DNA of 64,000 nt from an uncultured Gaiellales bacterium (GTDB lineage: Bacteria > Actinomycetota > Thermoleophilia > RBG-16-64-13), in the NCBI GenBank assembly GCA_964592075.1, contig CAZQDY010000003.1, positions 43,252 through 107,251 of the forward strand. The letters are read 5' to 3'. The notes under the pieces were generated by a model. That model was not told the DNA's origin, did no database searches, and saw only the letters and a list, made by a program, of their open reading frames with translations. Shown one piece after another: positions 37,415 to 47,174 of this stretch (its first letter is position 1; each line of letters starts with the position of its first letter). The translations under genes were made by a program, and so were the position numbers.

Positions 37415-39534
37415 GTCCGCTTGGACAGCCTCGAGGGCCACCAGACCGAGCGACCAACATCATGCACCAAGGCCGGTACGAACAGGGCGCGCACCACCAA
37501 TGCGTCGAGCAGGACGCCGAAGGCCACGATCACGGCAAGTTGCACCAGGAACAGGATGGGGATCACGGCCAGGGCGGCGAAAGTGGCCGCCAGCACAACG
37601 CCCGCCGAGGTGATCACCCCGCCGGTGACGACGAGACCGCGCAGCGCACCCTGCTCGGTGCCGTGCAGCGCCGATTCCTCCCGCACCCGGGTCATCAGGA
37701 AGATGTTGTAGTCGATGCCGAGCGCGACCAGGAACACGAACCCGTACAGGGGGACGGCCGGGTCGGCGCCGGGGAAGTCGAGCAGATGATTGAACAGCAG
37801 GCTGGAGACGCCGAGAGCAGTGCCGAAACTGAGCACCGTGCTCACCATCAGCAGCAGCGGCGCGACGATACTGCGCAGCAGCAACATCAGGATCACGGTG
37901 ATCACTACCAGCACCAGCGGGATGATGAGATTGCGATCGCGAGTGCTGGTCAGGTTGGTGTCGAGGTCGAGGGCCGTGGATCCGCCGATGATGATGGAGG
38001 GGTCGAGCGGGCGGAGCGCGGTCCGAAGCGCGGTGACCGTCCGTTCGGCCTCCAGCGAGTCGGCCTTGTCGGTGAGCGTGAGCTGCAGCATGACATCGCC
38101 ACCGGCCACCGTCGGAGTCGCCTGGGCGAACGGGCCCTCCGCCGGCCTGGGGACAGGTATGGAGCCGCTCGGCGAGTCCGCGGAGACGACCGAGGCGCTG
38201 CTCACTCCCGCGTTCCCAAGGGCGGCCGCGGCGACCGCGTCGAGCTTGTCTTCCGGGACGATCACCTGGACAGGCTGCCCCGAGCCGCCGGGAAAGTGCG
38301 CCGCCAGGATGTTTTGGCCGTCGCGCGACTGCGACTCGCCTATCACCAGGTCGCTGGCCGGCACTCCGCCGGCATTCAGACCGACCAGGCCCACGCAGCC
38401 AAGCGCCAGCACGACCCCTACCATCACCCACATCAACCGGTCACGGGTATCGATCGCAGCGGCGATCCGCTCCCATACGCCCCTGCGCCGCGGGCCCGTC
38501 TGCGAGGCAACACGAAGCAGATGTCGCGGCCAGAAGGCGACGCGTCCGGCCAGCAGCAGCATGGCCGGCAGGAACGTGAGAGCCACCAACACCGCGAACA
38601 GTATCCCGAGGGCAGCCACCGGACCCAGCGCCTTGTTCGAGGCCAGGTCGGACAGGAGGAGGCACAGAAGCCCGGCGATCACGGTGCCGCCGGAGGCGAT
38701 GATCGCCTCCACCGAGCCCTTCCAGGCCGTCCTGGTGGCGCTCCACACCGAGTCGCTCAGTCGAAGCGCCTCTCGGAAACGCGACACGTACAGCAACGAG
38801 TAGTCGGTCGCGGCTCCAATGACCAGGATGAAGAGAATGCCCTGCACCTGGCCGTTGATCTTGAACACCCCGGCCTTGGCCAGATAGAAGCTCATAAGGA
38901 CGGCGCCGCACAACGCGCTCATCGAGGCAAGGAGCACCAGGATGGGGAGCAGCGGAGACCGGTAGACCACCACCAGGATGACGAACACGGTCAGCACGGC
39001 GACCAACAGCAGGAGGCCGTCGACGCCGGCGAACCCGTTGCCCAGGTCGGCGCTCAGCCCGGCCGCCCCCGTGACGTACACCGAGAGACCCTCGGGGGCT
39101 CCCTCCAGAGCCGTCCGGAGCAGCCCGACGGAATCCCTGGTCGGCGTGTCGGTGGAGAGCGGCACGAACATCTGAGCCGCCATCCCGTCCGAGGAGGGGA
39201 AGGCGGGAGACACGCCGCCGCTGATGGCGTCGACCGCCTGCGGCAGGCTCGCCGACTGTGCCGCGAGCCACGCTTGATCCTCGGGGGTGAGTCCGCCGGA
39301 GCGCTCGGCCACCACGACGGCCGGGATGGCGTCGTCCCCCAGGAACTCAGTCAGCCGCTTCTGCACCTGGGTGGATTCGGCGCTGCTGGGAAGATACGAA
39401 GCCTGCTCGTTGGTCGAGACCTCACCGATCCGACCGAAGTACGGGCCGCCGATCCCGGCTACCGCCAGCCAGACGATGGTCAGCAACAGCCCGGTCAGGG
39501 GGCGTACCCAGCGTCTTGAGGGTCGTGATGTCAT
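37411..39534 (-). CDS. MMPL-family (RND superfamily) membrane transporter
   Basis: Start at MTSRPSRRWVRPLTGLLLTIVWLAV; two TM bundles, one of which contains GAATDYSLLYVSRFRE. Confidence 0.8.
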   Translation of the reverse strand: MTSRPSRRWVRPLTGLLLTIVWLAVAGIGGPYFGRIGEVSTNEQASYLPSSAESTQVQKRLTEFLGDDAIPAVVVAERSGGLTPEDQAWLAAQSASLPQAVDAISGGVSPAFPSSDGMAAQMFVPLSTDTPTRDSVGLLRTALEGAPEGLSVYVTGAAGLSADLGNGFAGVDGLLLLVAVLTVFVILVVVYRSPLLPILVLLASMSALCGAVLMSFYLAKAGVFKINGQVQGILFILVIGAATDYSLLYVSRFREALRLSDSVWSATRTAWKGSVEAIIASGGTVIAGLLCLLLSDLASNKALGPVAALGILFAVLVALTFLPAMLLLAGRVAFWPRHLLRVASQTGPRRRGVWERIAAAIDTRDRLMWVMVGVVLALGCVGLVGLNAGGVPASDLVIGESQSRDGQNILAAHFPGGSGQPVQVIVPEDKLDAVAAAALGNAGVSSASVVSADSPSGSIPVPRPAEGPFAQATPTVAGGDVMLQLTLTDKADSLEAERTVTALRTALRPLDPSIIIGGSTALDLDTNLTSTRDRNLIIPLVLVVITVILMLLLRSIVAPLLLMVSTVLSFGTALGVSSLLFNHLLDFPGADPAVPLYGFVFLVALGIDYNIFLMTRVREESALHGTEQGALRGLVVTGGVITSAGVVLAATFAALAVIPILFLVQLAVIVAFGVLLDALVVRALFVPALVHDVGRSVWWPSRLSKRT

Positions 39535-39571
39535 GCGGTCTCCTGTACAGCGGATCGAGCGCCGCCGGGCA

Positions 39572-40216
39572 CTAGGTCCGTGCCAGCCGCGCACCCATCT
39601 CGAAGGCCTTCCGGCAATCGATGGGGAAGCGTTCGGCCCGTATCCTGGCCTTGGCCTCCACATCGAACATGGCGGCGTTCATCGCCGAGTAGTCCTTGAA
39701 CTGCCAGGTCTCGTGGGAAGTCACGAACTCGACCTCGCCTTTGAACATTCCGAGCGGCCTGGTCTGTATCTGGAAGAGGACGTCGTAGTGGACGTCCTTC
39801 ATCGCCTCCTCCGGGCAATTCATCGTGAAGACGAACCCACAGGACATCCGCCGCGGGAATACCGACTTGCCAAACTCGTCATACGTGATGTTGGGGAAGA
39901 AGAGACGCTCCATGAACGACCGCATCTCGCCCGTGACGTCGTCGAAGTAGATGGGCGAGCCCAGCAGAAGGACGTCGGACGCGAGGACTTCGGCCAGCAC
40001 ATCCTGCAGGTCGTCGCGCATGGCGCAGAGGCCTTTGCGGGTGTTGCCCTTCCTCTTGCAGGCGAAACAACTCGTGCACCCCCGGTAGTCCAGGTCGTAG
40101 AGATGCACCAGCCGCGTCTTCGCTCCCACGCTTTCGGCACCCTCCATGGCCTTCTCGAGTAGGGTGGCGGTGTTCCAATCCTTCCTCGGGCTTCCGTTGA
40201 TCGCGATAAGGTTCAT
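39572..40216 (-). CDS. Flavodoxin-like fold NAD(P)H-dependent FMN reductase / iron-sulfur flavoprotein-like
   Basis: MNLIAINGSPRKDWNTATLL flavodoxin-like start, with a Cys cluster CTSCFACKRKGNTRKGLC. Confidence 0.65.
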   Translation of the reverse strand: MNLIAINGSPRKDWNTATLLEKAMEGAESVGAKTRLVHLYDLDYRGCTSCFACKRKGNTRKGLCAMRDDLQDVLAEVLASDVLLLGSPIYFDDVTGEMRSFMERLFFPNITYDEFGKSVFPRRMSCGFVFTMNCPEEAMKDVHYDVLFQIQTRPLGMFKGEVEFVTSHETWQFKDYSAMNAAMFDVEAKARIRAERFPIDCRKAFEMGARLART

Positions 40217-40695
40217 GTCGGCTCCACTCGTCGCTCGTCAGACAGAGAGCATGCTACCGCATGAGGTGGTCTCGACGCATGTCGCCCACGCGGCGGCTCC
40301 GCCCCACGCCATGCGGCGACAACGCGCACCGTTTCGCCGTCCCTGACCTTCGCGAGCATTTCCTTGACGGCTTCCTCCCCGGTCTCGATGCGCCCGAAGG
40401 GATCCACGTTGTTGTACGCCCTCGGCAAAGGGCCGATGCCGGCAGGCGCGGGGCCGAAGAAGATGCAGAAGGCTGCACCGACAGGCCAGTAGCCCAACTC
40501 GCCCACACCCATGTCCTGTCTCGCGTCGGGCGCTTCCTCCACATGCACAGGTATTGTGAAGTAGACCTCATCGCCCCATCGGTTCGTCACGCCTTCGAGC
40601 GGGAGGGCCTCCTGGACGGCCAGCGCTGTGGCAGAGTCATCGAGGCCGGCCGGAGGCTCCCCTTCCTCGAGCAGTATCCGTACGGCCGCGGCCAT
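40213..40695 (-). CDS. Cyclophilin-like superfamily protein (PF04126-like)
   Basis: About 120-aa core (VRILLEEGEPPAGLDDSATALAVQEALPLEGVTNRWGDEVYF...ELGYWPVGAAFCIFFGP). The stop overlaps the flavodoxin start. Confidence 0.45.
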   Translation of the reverse strand: MAAAVRILLEEGEPPAGLDDSATALAVQEALPLEGVTNRWGDEVYFTIPVHVEEAPDARQDMGVGELGYWPVGAAFCIFFGPAPAGIGPLPRAYNNVDPFGRIETGEEAVKEMLAKVRDGETVRVVAAWRGAEPPRGRHASRPPHAVACSLSDERRVEPT

Positions 40696-40751
40696 GGCAT
40701 ATTCCAGTCTTTGTGATTATCTGTCCGGCCCCCCGAGTATGCTGTCGTCTC

Positions 40752-41873
40752 ATGAAGACCGGCACCGCCACTCTACCGCTCCACGGGGGCAAGGCGCCTG
40801 CGTGGCTCTTCTCGCGCATGCGGCTCATGGCCCGCGAGATCACGCTCGCTATCGTCAGTGATCGCGGCCCGGAAGAGGTGTTACGGCGCCTTTCCGACCC
40901 TGTATGGTTCCAGGCCTTCGGCGCCGTGTTGGGTTTCGACTGGCACAGTTCAGGCGTGACCACCACCGTGTGCGGGGCGCTGAAGGACGGACTGCGCGGT
41001 CTCGAGCAGGAATCGGGCCTGATAGTCGCAGGGGGCAAGGGCGCGGTCTCGCGAAAGACGCCGGCGGAGATCGAGTCGGCCTCGGCCTCGGGGGTGCTGA
41101 TGGTAGAACCGCAGGCCCTGGTGTACGCCAGTAAGATGGCTGCGAAGGTGGACAGCGCAGGCCTCCAGGACGGCTACCAGATCTATCACCACACGTTCTT
41201 CGCCACACGTAAGGGCGACTGGGCGGTCGTGCAGCAGGGCATGAACGACCAGAACCGAAGGGCCCGCCGGTATCACTGGCTGAGTGACACGGTGGCCAGC
41301 TACGTCGTCGAGCCGCACAACGCCATCGCGTCCCAGGCGCCCGGTACGGCCGTGCTCAACCTGGTGGCGAAGAAGAGCCTCCCCGCGCAGGAGGTCGTCA
41401 CGCAGCTTTCCCACGAGCCGCCCGACCGCACCCTGGGCCGTCTCGAACGGCTCAAGCAGCTGGTCATGCCCGCCCACCACGCCGTCGAGCTCCGGGACAT
41501 CCATCCCGACAACCTCAAGAAGACCTTCCTCTCCACCTACGAGCGGCAGGCGGAGAACTTCGAGGTCCTGCTCGGGTTGCCGGGGGTCGGCGCCAAGACC
41601 ATCAGAGCGCTCACGCTCATCGCCGAGCTTGTCTACGACACCCCGGCCAGCCGGAGCGACCCGGCCCTCTTCAGTTACGCGCATGGCGGCAAGGACGGCT
41701 ACCCTTACCCGGTGGACCGCGAGATGTACGACCGCAACATCGATGTGCTTCGCAAAGCCGTCGGTGAGGCAGAACTGGGGCGTACCGAGCGCCTGGACGC
41801 CCTACGCCGTCTCGCCAGGGCCACGCAGCCGGCCGTCGGTCAGGCGTATTCCACCCGGTCTATCACGAAATGA
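40752..41873 (+). CDS. DUF763 domain protein
   Basis: N-terminal MKTGTATLPLHGGKAPAWLF is the characteristic start of the DUF763 family as I recall it; not verified by search. Confidence 0.55.
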   Translation: MKTGTATLPLHGGKAPAWLFSRMRLMAREITLAIVSDRGPEEVLRRLSDPVWFQAFGAVLGFDWHSSGVTTTVCGALKDGLRGLEQESGLIVAGGKGAVSRKTPAEIESASASGVLMVEPQALVYASKMAAKVDSAGLQDGYQIYHHTFFATRKGDWAVVQQGMNDQNRRARRYHWLSDTVASYVVEPHNAIASQAPGTAVLNLVAKKSLPAQEVVTQLSHEPPDRTLGRLERLKQLVMPAHHAVELRDIHPDNLKKTFLSTYERQAENFEVLLGLPGVGAKTIRALTLIAELVYDTPASRSDPALFSYAHGGKDGYPYPVDREMYDRNIDVLRKAVGEAELGRTERLDALRRLARATQPAVGQAYSTRSITK

Positions 41874-42676
41874 ACGTAGTGGTAGTCGCCGCCCTCGAGA
41901 TTCCAGTAGCCATCCAAGACCTCTGGAAGCACCAGGCCGTCGAACTCCCGCTTCCCCCGCGCGAGGCCCGTGAAGAGCTCCAGGGAGGGTTCCGCTTTGC
42001 CCAGCTCGTCGTAGAACCGTTCCACCGTCACCTTTTGCAGTGACCCATCGGCATTGAAGGAGAACTGCGCCGTGGCCTCCCGGCCGGCGTCTCGCACGAT
42101 GCACTCAGCCCATAGATCGTCGGAGCCTGTCCAGATGACCCGGCGGCCGTCGAGGTAGAACGACGGGACCATGCACATCTCCACCGCCATCCTGCCAAAC
42201 GACGACTGGTCCGTCTCCTCCGACTGCTCGTCCATGATCTTGAACAGACCCATCGCCTTGCCCAGCATCCGCCCCCTACCATCGTCGTAGGAGTCGACGG
42301 CAGTCGCAGACAGCATAGGGGCCATCCTGATCCTTCCGTACCAGCAGAACGAAGGCGGGTCGGTGGTCAGCCAGTACTCTCCTTTGATGGGAAGGAATCC
42401 CTTGGTCCTGTCGCGACTGAACGTCCCCGAGTGGAACACCCTCGCGTACCGGAGGTGATTCTTGCCCACCAGTCCCGAGTAGGCCATGTACCGCGCAACG
42501 GGTTCTGGGAGGCCATGCAGGGCCTCCTCGGTGACGATCTCCGTGCCGCTGAGCCGGCTTCCCGCGCGGATGGTCCGAGCCTGCTCGAGATACCTCGAGT
42601 AGAAGACGCGATCCGCCGCGAAGAGCCCACAGACCAGTGCGACGACTATGCCGACAACTACATACAACGCCAGCAT
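41840..42676 (-). CDS. Hypothetical N-terminally membrane-anchored protein
   Basis: Single N-terminal TM (MLALYVVVGIVVALVCGLFAA), then a globular domain of about 250 aa. Its 3' end overlaps the DUF763 gene by about 34 nt. Confidence 0.45.
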   Translation of the reverse strand: MLALYVVVGIVVALVCGLFAADRVFYSRYLEQARTIRAGSRLSGTEIVTEEALHGLPEPVARYMAYSGLVGKNHLRYARVFHSGTFSRDRTKGFLPIKGEYWLTTDPPSFCWYGRIRMAPMLSATAVDSYDDGRGRMLGKAMGLFKIMDEQSEETDQSSFGRMAVEMCMVPSFYLDGRRVIWTGSDDLWAECIVRDAGREATAQFSFNADGSLQKVTVERFYDELGKAEPSLELFTGLARGKREFDGLVLPEVLDGYWNLEGGDYHYVHFVIDRVEYA

Positions 42677-42761
42677 GTTCTACTCAACCGGTCTTCGTCG
42701 GCTGATCACACGGGCACGGCGGACCGGCGGCCCGGGCCCGCCCGAGAGTCAGCCGGCCGTT

Positions 42762-43544
42762 CTAATAGTTCTCGTCCGCGAAAGCCGGTCTTATGAGGTC
42801 TGGAGAACTCCACTGCTCGCGGGCCAACATCTGATGATAGCCCTTCTCGCTGTGGCTCGGACCCTGGTTCACCTCGATGAAGAGCCACGGCTTGGTGGTA
42901 TACGAAGGCCTCCACGGGGAGTGCACCACGTTGGGCGGGATGTAGATGACCGTCGACTTGGTGAACACGTGTCTCTCCATCTCCACACCCATGAAGAACT
43001 CGACTTCCGAGTTCAGCTCCTGGGGGTTGCTCGGGTCACCGCCTATGTGGAAGAGCAGTTCCGCGCTCCTGTGGATGTGCGGCGGGTGACCAATCTCGAG
43101 GAACGGTTCGTCGTGAGGCATGACCCAGTGCATGTAGTAGAAGTTGCAGCCGGGGATGGGGAACCTGCTGCTGTCGAACCTCGTTACGTAGTTGAACGGC
43201 ACGTCCTTGTTGGCGAAGTTGGTGATGTAGGGGTCGTCGCCATCCTTGTACTGGTAGAAGAGGTCCGCGTATTTCCTGCCATCGGTATCTCTCCCGACCT
43301 CAACCGGCGTGCCAAAGGGGGTCTTGTCCGCGGGGGCGTCGTAGATCGCCTCCGCCGGGCACCAGAACTGGTTGGCCGTGCACGCCCCACAGTCGGTGCA
43401 TTTGTCGTTGTCGAGCGTGATCGACTCGAACACGCGCGACTGTCCTACCACATGCTGCCCTTCGCCACTGAAGGCGCCGGCAGGGCAATCATTGATGCAG
43501 AGTCCGCAGAGGACGCATCTGGTCTCGTCTATCTTCAAAGCCAT
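42762..43544 (-). CDS. 2x[4Fe-4S] ferredoxin domain fused to a metal-binding cupin domain
   Basis: CVLCGLCINDCP and CTDCGACTANQFWCP motifs at the N-terminus. C-terminal cupin motifs HPPHIHRSAELLFHIGG and YIPPNVVHSPW are paralogous to the cupins at 52916-53413 and 53809-54231. Confidence 0.65.
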   Translation of the reverse strand: MALKIDETRCVLCGLCINDCPAGAFSGEGQHVVGQSRVFESITLDNDKCTDCGACTANQFWCPAEAIYDAPADKTPFGTPVEVGRDTDGRKYADLFYQYKDGDDPYITNFANKDVPFNYVTRFDSSRFPIPGCNFYYMHWVMPHDEPFLEIGHPPHIHRSAELLFHIGGDPSNPQELNSEVEFFMGVEMERHVFTKSTVIYIPPNVVHSPWRPSYTTKPWLFIEVNQGPSHSEKGYHQMLAREQWSSPDLIRPAFADENY

Positions 43545-43777
43545 TGTTGTTGGGACCTCCGACTCGAATCGCTGCTTGCGCAGGTGTCAAGAAGACACTA
43601 CCAGGGAAGGCCACCGTCTGCCAGCGCTGTTCAGCCTGTCTCCTGCCGGCGCGGGGCTTCGCTCGGCGGCAAATCCTCGCACGACCGCGGGTTCTGGCAC
43701 TATCATGAGACTGCTAGGCGTGAGGCCGGCATCGGGCCCGGTCGAACGCATGTGCTCACGAACGCGGAGGTGGCTGA

Positions 43778-44052
43778 TGCGGACCCCGGCCGTGCTGACT
43801 GTCTTGGGAGAGGACCGAGTGGGCATCGTCGCCACCGTCTCGAGGGCCCTCGCGGAGGCCAACACAAATATCGAGGACATCCGCCAGACCATCCTGGGCA
43901 GGATCTTCACCATGACCATGCTCGTCACCGTCGACGAGGAACGCGTCCCGTTCGACGAGCTTCAGAGGCGGCTTGCCGACGTGGGCAAGAACCTCGGCAT
44001 GCAGATCACGCTGCAGCGTGAGGATGTCTTCCGGTTCATGCATCGCATCTAG
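43778..44052 (+). CDS. ACT-domain protein (UPF0237 family)
   Basis: AVLTVLGEDRVGIVATVSRALAEANTNIEDIRQTILGRIFTMTMLV; the conserved partner of UPF0210 lies immediately downstream. Confidence 0.7.
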
Positions 44053-44106
44053 AGGACACCGGCCGCGCCATGCCACTCCACGTGCAAGCCTGAGGAGGAT
44101 CCGTCC

Positions 44107-45471
44107 GTGCACTTCACATCCGAGGAGATAGTCGAAACCCTCACGATGATCACGCGGCATCATCTCGATGTCCGCACCATCACACTGGGGTTGTCGCTCA
44201 CAGGCTGCGCCGACTCAGACATCGACCTCATGGCGCAGCGCGTCTACGACCGGATCACTCTTGCGGCCGCGGACCTCATGCCCCTTGCCCAGCAGCTGGA
44301 GCGCGAATACGGCATCCCCATCGTCAACAAGCGCATCGCGGTCACGCCGGTCGCGCAACTTGCCGCCGCCACACAGGCCACGGACCTCATGCCGCTGGCC
44401 CAAGCCCTCGACCGGGCCGCGGCCACCGTCGGTATCGACTTCATCGGGGGGTTCTCCGCCCTGGTCCATAAGGGCATCTGCGACGCCGACGCCCGGCTGA
44501 TCGCCTCCATCCCGCGGGCACTGGCGGCCACCGAGCGGGTGTGCGCCTCAGTGAACGTCGCCACCACACGAGCCGGCATCAACATGGACGCGGTCCTGGC
44601 CATGGCGCAGACGGTGCTCGATACCGCGCAGGCCACCGCCGACCGCGATAGCGTCGGCTGCGCCAAGCTGGTGGTCTTCGCCAACATGGTGGAGGACAAC
44701 CCCTTCATGGCGGGAGCCGTACACGGCTCGGGCGAGCCCGACGTGGTGGTCAACGTGGGCATTTCCGGCCCAGGAGTAGTGCGGGCCGTGGTGGAGTCGC
44801 TGCCGCAGGAGGCGGACCTGACAATCGTCGCCGAAGCGATCAAAGCCACCGCCTTCAAGATCACGCGGCTGGGCGAGTTGATCGCACGGGAGGCCGCGGA
44901 CAGGATGGGAGTGGCGAGAGGCATCGTGGACCTCTCCTTGGCTCCTACCCCCGTGGAAGGGGACTCGGTGGCCGAGATCATCGAGGCCATGGGCGTGAGA
45001 CGGTGCGGAGGACCGGGCACCACGGCGGCCCTCGCGCTCCTCAACGACGCGGTCAAGAAGGGCGGGGCCATGGCAACAAGCTCGGCGGGAGGCCTTTCAG
45101 GAGCCTTCATCCCCGTCTCCGAGGACGCGGGAATGATCCGAGCGGCCGAGTCGGGCGCGCTGTCGATCGAGAAGCTGGAAGCCATGACCAGCGTCTGTTC
45201 CGTCGGCCTGGACATGATCGCCATCCCAGGGGACACGCCCATGGAGGCCATCGCGGGCATCATCGCCGACGAGGCGGCTATCGGCGTCATCAACGCCAAG
45301 ACGACCGCCGTGCGGCTGCTGCCCGCCATCGGCAAGCAGGTCGGCGAACGCCTCTCGTTCGGCGGCCTCCTGGGGGAGGCGCCGGTCATGCCGGTGAACG
45401 CCTGGGCCGGCTCGGTGTTCGCCCGCCGCGGCGGCCGGTTCCCGGCGCCGCTGGGCGGGCTACGGAACTAG
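44107..45471 (+). CDS. UPF0210/DUF711 family protein
   Basis: 454 aa, N-terminus [31 protein letters not shown]; a conserved pair with the upstream ACT protein. Confidence 0.7.
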   Translation: MHFTSEEIVETLTMITRHHLDVRTITLGLSLTGCADSDIDLMAQRVYDRITLAAADLMPLAQQLEREYGIPIVNKRIAVTPVAQLAAATQATDLMPLAQALDRAAATVGIDFIGGFSALVHKGICDADARLIASIPRALAATERVCASVNVATTRAGINMDAVLAMAQTVLDTAQATADRDSVGCAKLVVFANMVEDNPFMAGAVHGSGEPDVVVNVGISGPGVVRAVVESLPQEADLTIVAEAIKATAFKITRLGELIAREAADRMGVARGIVDLSLAPTPVEGDSVAEIIEAMGVRRCGGPGTTAALALLNDAVKKGGAMATSSAGGLSGAFIPVSEDAGMIRAAESGALSIEKLEAMTSVCSVGLDMIAIPGDTPMEAIAGIIADEAAIGVINAKTTAVRLLPAIGKQVGERLSFGGLLGEAPVMPVNAWAGSVFARRGGRFPAPLGGLRN

Positions 45472-45527
45472 AGGGCGGGTGCGGCCGGGCCGGGCCCGCG
45501 GCCGCGCCCCACCCCGTGGTCGGCCCG

Positions 45528-46388
45528 TCAGCCTGCCGGAGTCGACGTCGCATTCGCAAAGAACGGCGCCGCGAGCGGCGAAACGTTGATCAGAGCATGC
45601 CCGGCCTCGGGCAGCAGCCGTGTCTCGGCCCTCTCGATCAGCCGCGTCAAACGTTCCACGGTCTTCTGGGCGTCGAAGAGCATGTCCCTTGCTCCCGCTA
45701 CCAGCAACACCGGCATGCTGAGGTCTCGCAACTGCGCGTCAGTCAGCAGCGGTTGCGGGTCCATGCGCGACCGGAAATGAGTGAAGATGAGGGTCATGTA
45801 GTCGATGGCCACCTGAGGCATGCCCTCGTCACCCATGATCCGCACGAGCGCGGCGCTACCACGACGCCCGAGCATGCTGCATATGATGCCGCGCGCCACG
45901 AAGCCCGGCCTCGGCTGCACCACTCCGCCGGGAGCAAGGAGCGCCAAGGCGCTCACCCTTTCCGGCCTGGCGGCCGCGAAGCGCAGAGCGATGTAGCCAC
46001 CCTGCGAGATACCGGCAAGCAGCACCTGGGTCAACCCCAGAGCATCGAGCACATCTGCCAACCATTCGGCGGCGGCGTCTCCTTGCCACGAGAAGCGTTC
46101 CTGGCAGCTGCGGCCGGGCTCACCGGGAGTCTCCACAGCATAGACCCTGAAGCTCCGAGCGAACTCGGGCATATCGGCTCCCCAAGCGAGCGCATTGGAT
46201 CCCGCCCCGTGCAACAGCACCAGCGGCGGCGCGCCCTCCTGCCCCTGCGCGAGTACGTGCGTGCGCCCGTGGCGAGTGCCGACCTGGAGGCTTTCCGTCG
46301 ACTCCGGCCACTCGGCGAGGATCCCATCGTAGACCGCCATGATCGCCTGCTCGCCGGCAGATGTCTTGTAGATGGGCTTCTTGTTCAT
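45528..46388 (-). CDS. Alpha/beta-hydrolase fold protein
   Basis: PLVLLHGAGSNALAW, nucleophile elbow GISQGGYIA, and a C-terminal His in PEAGHAL. Start at MNKKPIYK. Confidence 0.7.
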   Translation of the reverse strand: MNKKPIYKTSAGEQAIMAVYDGILAEWPESTESLQVGTRHGRTHVLAQGQEGAPPLVLLHGAGSNALAWGADMPEFARSFRVYAVETPGEPGRSCQERFSWQGDAAAEWLADVLDALGLTQVLLAGISQGGYIALRFAAARPERVSALALLAPGGVVQPRPGFVARGIICSMLGRRGSAALVRIMGDEGMPQVAIDYMTLIFTHFRSRMDPQPLLTDAQLRDLSMPVLLVAGARDMLFDAQKTVERLTRLIERAETRLLPEAGHALINVSPLAAPFFANATSTPAG

Positions 46389-46930
46389 GCCGTCCGCCCT
46401 TTCCCGAGCTCCTCGCGCAGCCGCTCCAGCCAGCGCAGTTCTGCCTCGTAGATCCAGCAGTCGTGGTCGGCGATCATGGTCCAGAGGAGTTCCTCCCGCG
46501 GTGTGCGGGCCGGTCCTTCCGGCCCCCGCCGGATCAGCTCCCGCTGCATCAGCAGCTTCATCTGCACCTCGTGCTCGTAGCGGCCAAGCAGCGATGCGAG
46601 TTCCTCGTCGTCCAGCCTGTCGGCCCAGGCCAGTTGCGTAAGGAAGGTGTTCCTCACCAGCGGAGCCGGCGGATCGGCCACCACCCACTCCCGAAGCGCC
46701 GTCTCCCCGGCGGGAGTGAGACTGTAGACCTTGCTCGGTGGGTAGTTGCCCTGCTGTCTGACCTCGCTCTCCACCAACCCATCCTTGTGCAGCTGCACCA
46801 GCGTCGGATAGACCTGGTTGCTGTTGCCCGACCAGTACAGGGCCACAGACTCCGAGAAGTACTTGCGCAGCTCGTAGCCCGAGGCCGGCCGCCAGCTCAG
46901 AAGTCCGAGAATCGCGTACTTGATCGCCAT
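46385..46930 (-). CDS. PadR-family transcriptional regulator
   Basis: MAIKYAILGLLSWRPASGYELRKYF...VYPTLVQLHKDGLVESE; overlaps the hydrolase start (ATGA). Confidence 0.8.
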   Translation of the reverse strand: MAIKYAILGLLSWRPASGYELRKYFSESVALYWSGNSNQVYPTLVQLHKDGLVESEVRQQGNYPPSKVYSLTPAGETALREWVVADPPAPLVRNTFLTQLAWADRLDDEELASLLGRYEHEVQMKLLMQRELIRRGPEGPARTPREELLWTMIADHDCWIYEAELRWLERLREELGKGRTA

Positions 46931-47174
46931 CGTCCCACACCCTCTCGAGAATCTAAATAGTTGTCTTACGACTAGCTTACTTATAACCTATCCACTCCCG
47001 CACGTCAAGTCTCTGCGGGGCCGGTCGCCGCGTAGCTCCCCGCGTAGCTGCCACGCCATCCCGCCGAGTTCGGGTACACTCGCTCGAGACGAACACGAGG
47101 ACCGGTCCGGACTCGGAGAGAGCCGGCGGCGCAGGGCGCGCCGGCAGGCGAAAGGGGAGGAGTCGAGCAAGGCC

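Noticed and set aside
37462-39519. 685-aa antisense ORF opposite the second MMPL gene
   Set aside because: Same artefact class: a stop-free antisense frame in GC-rich DNA, with Gly/Arg/Asp-rich low complexity.
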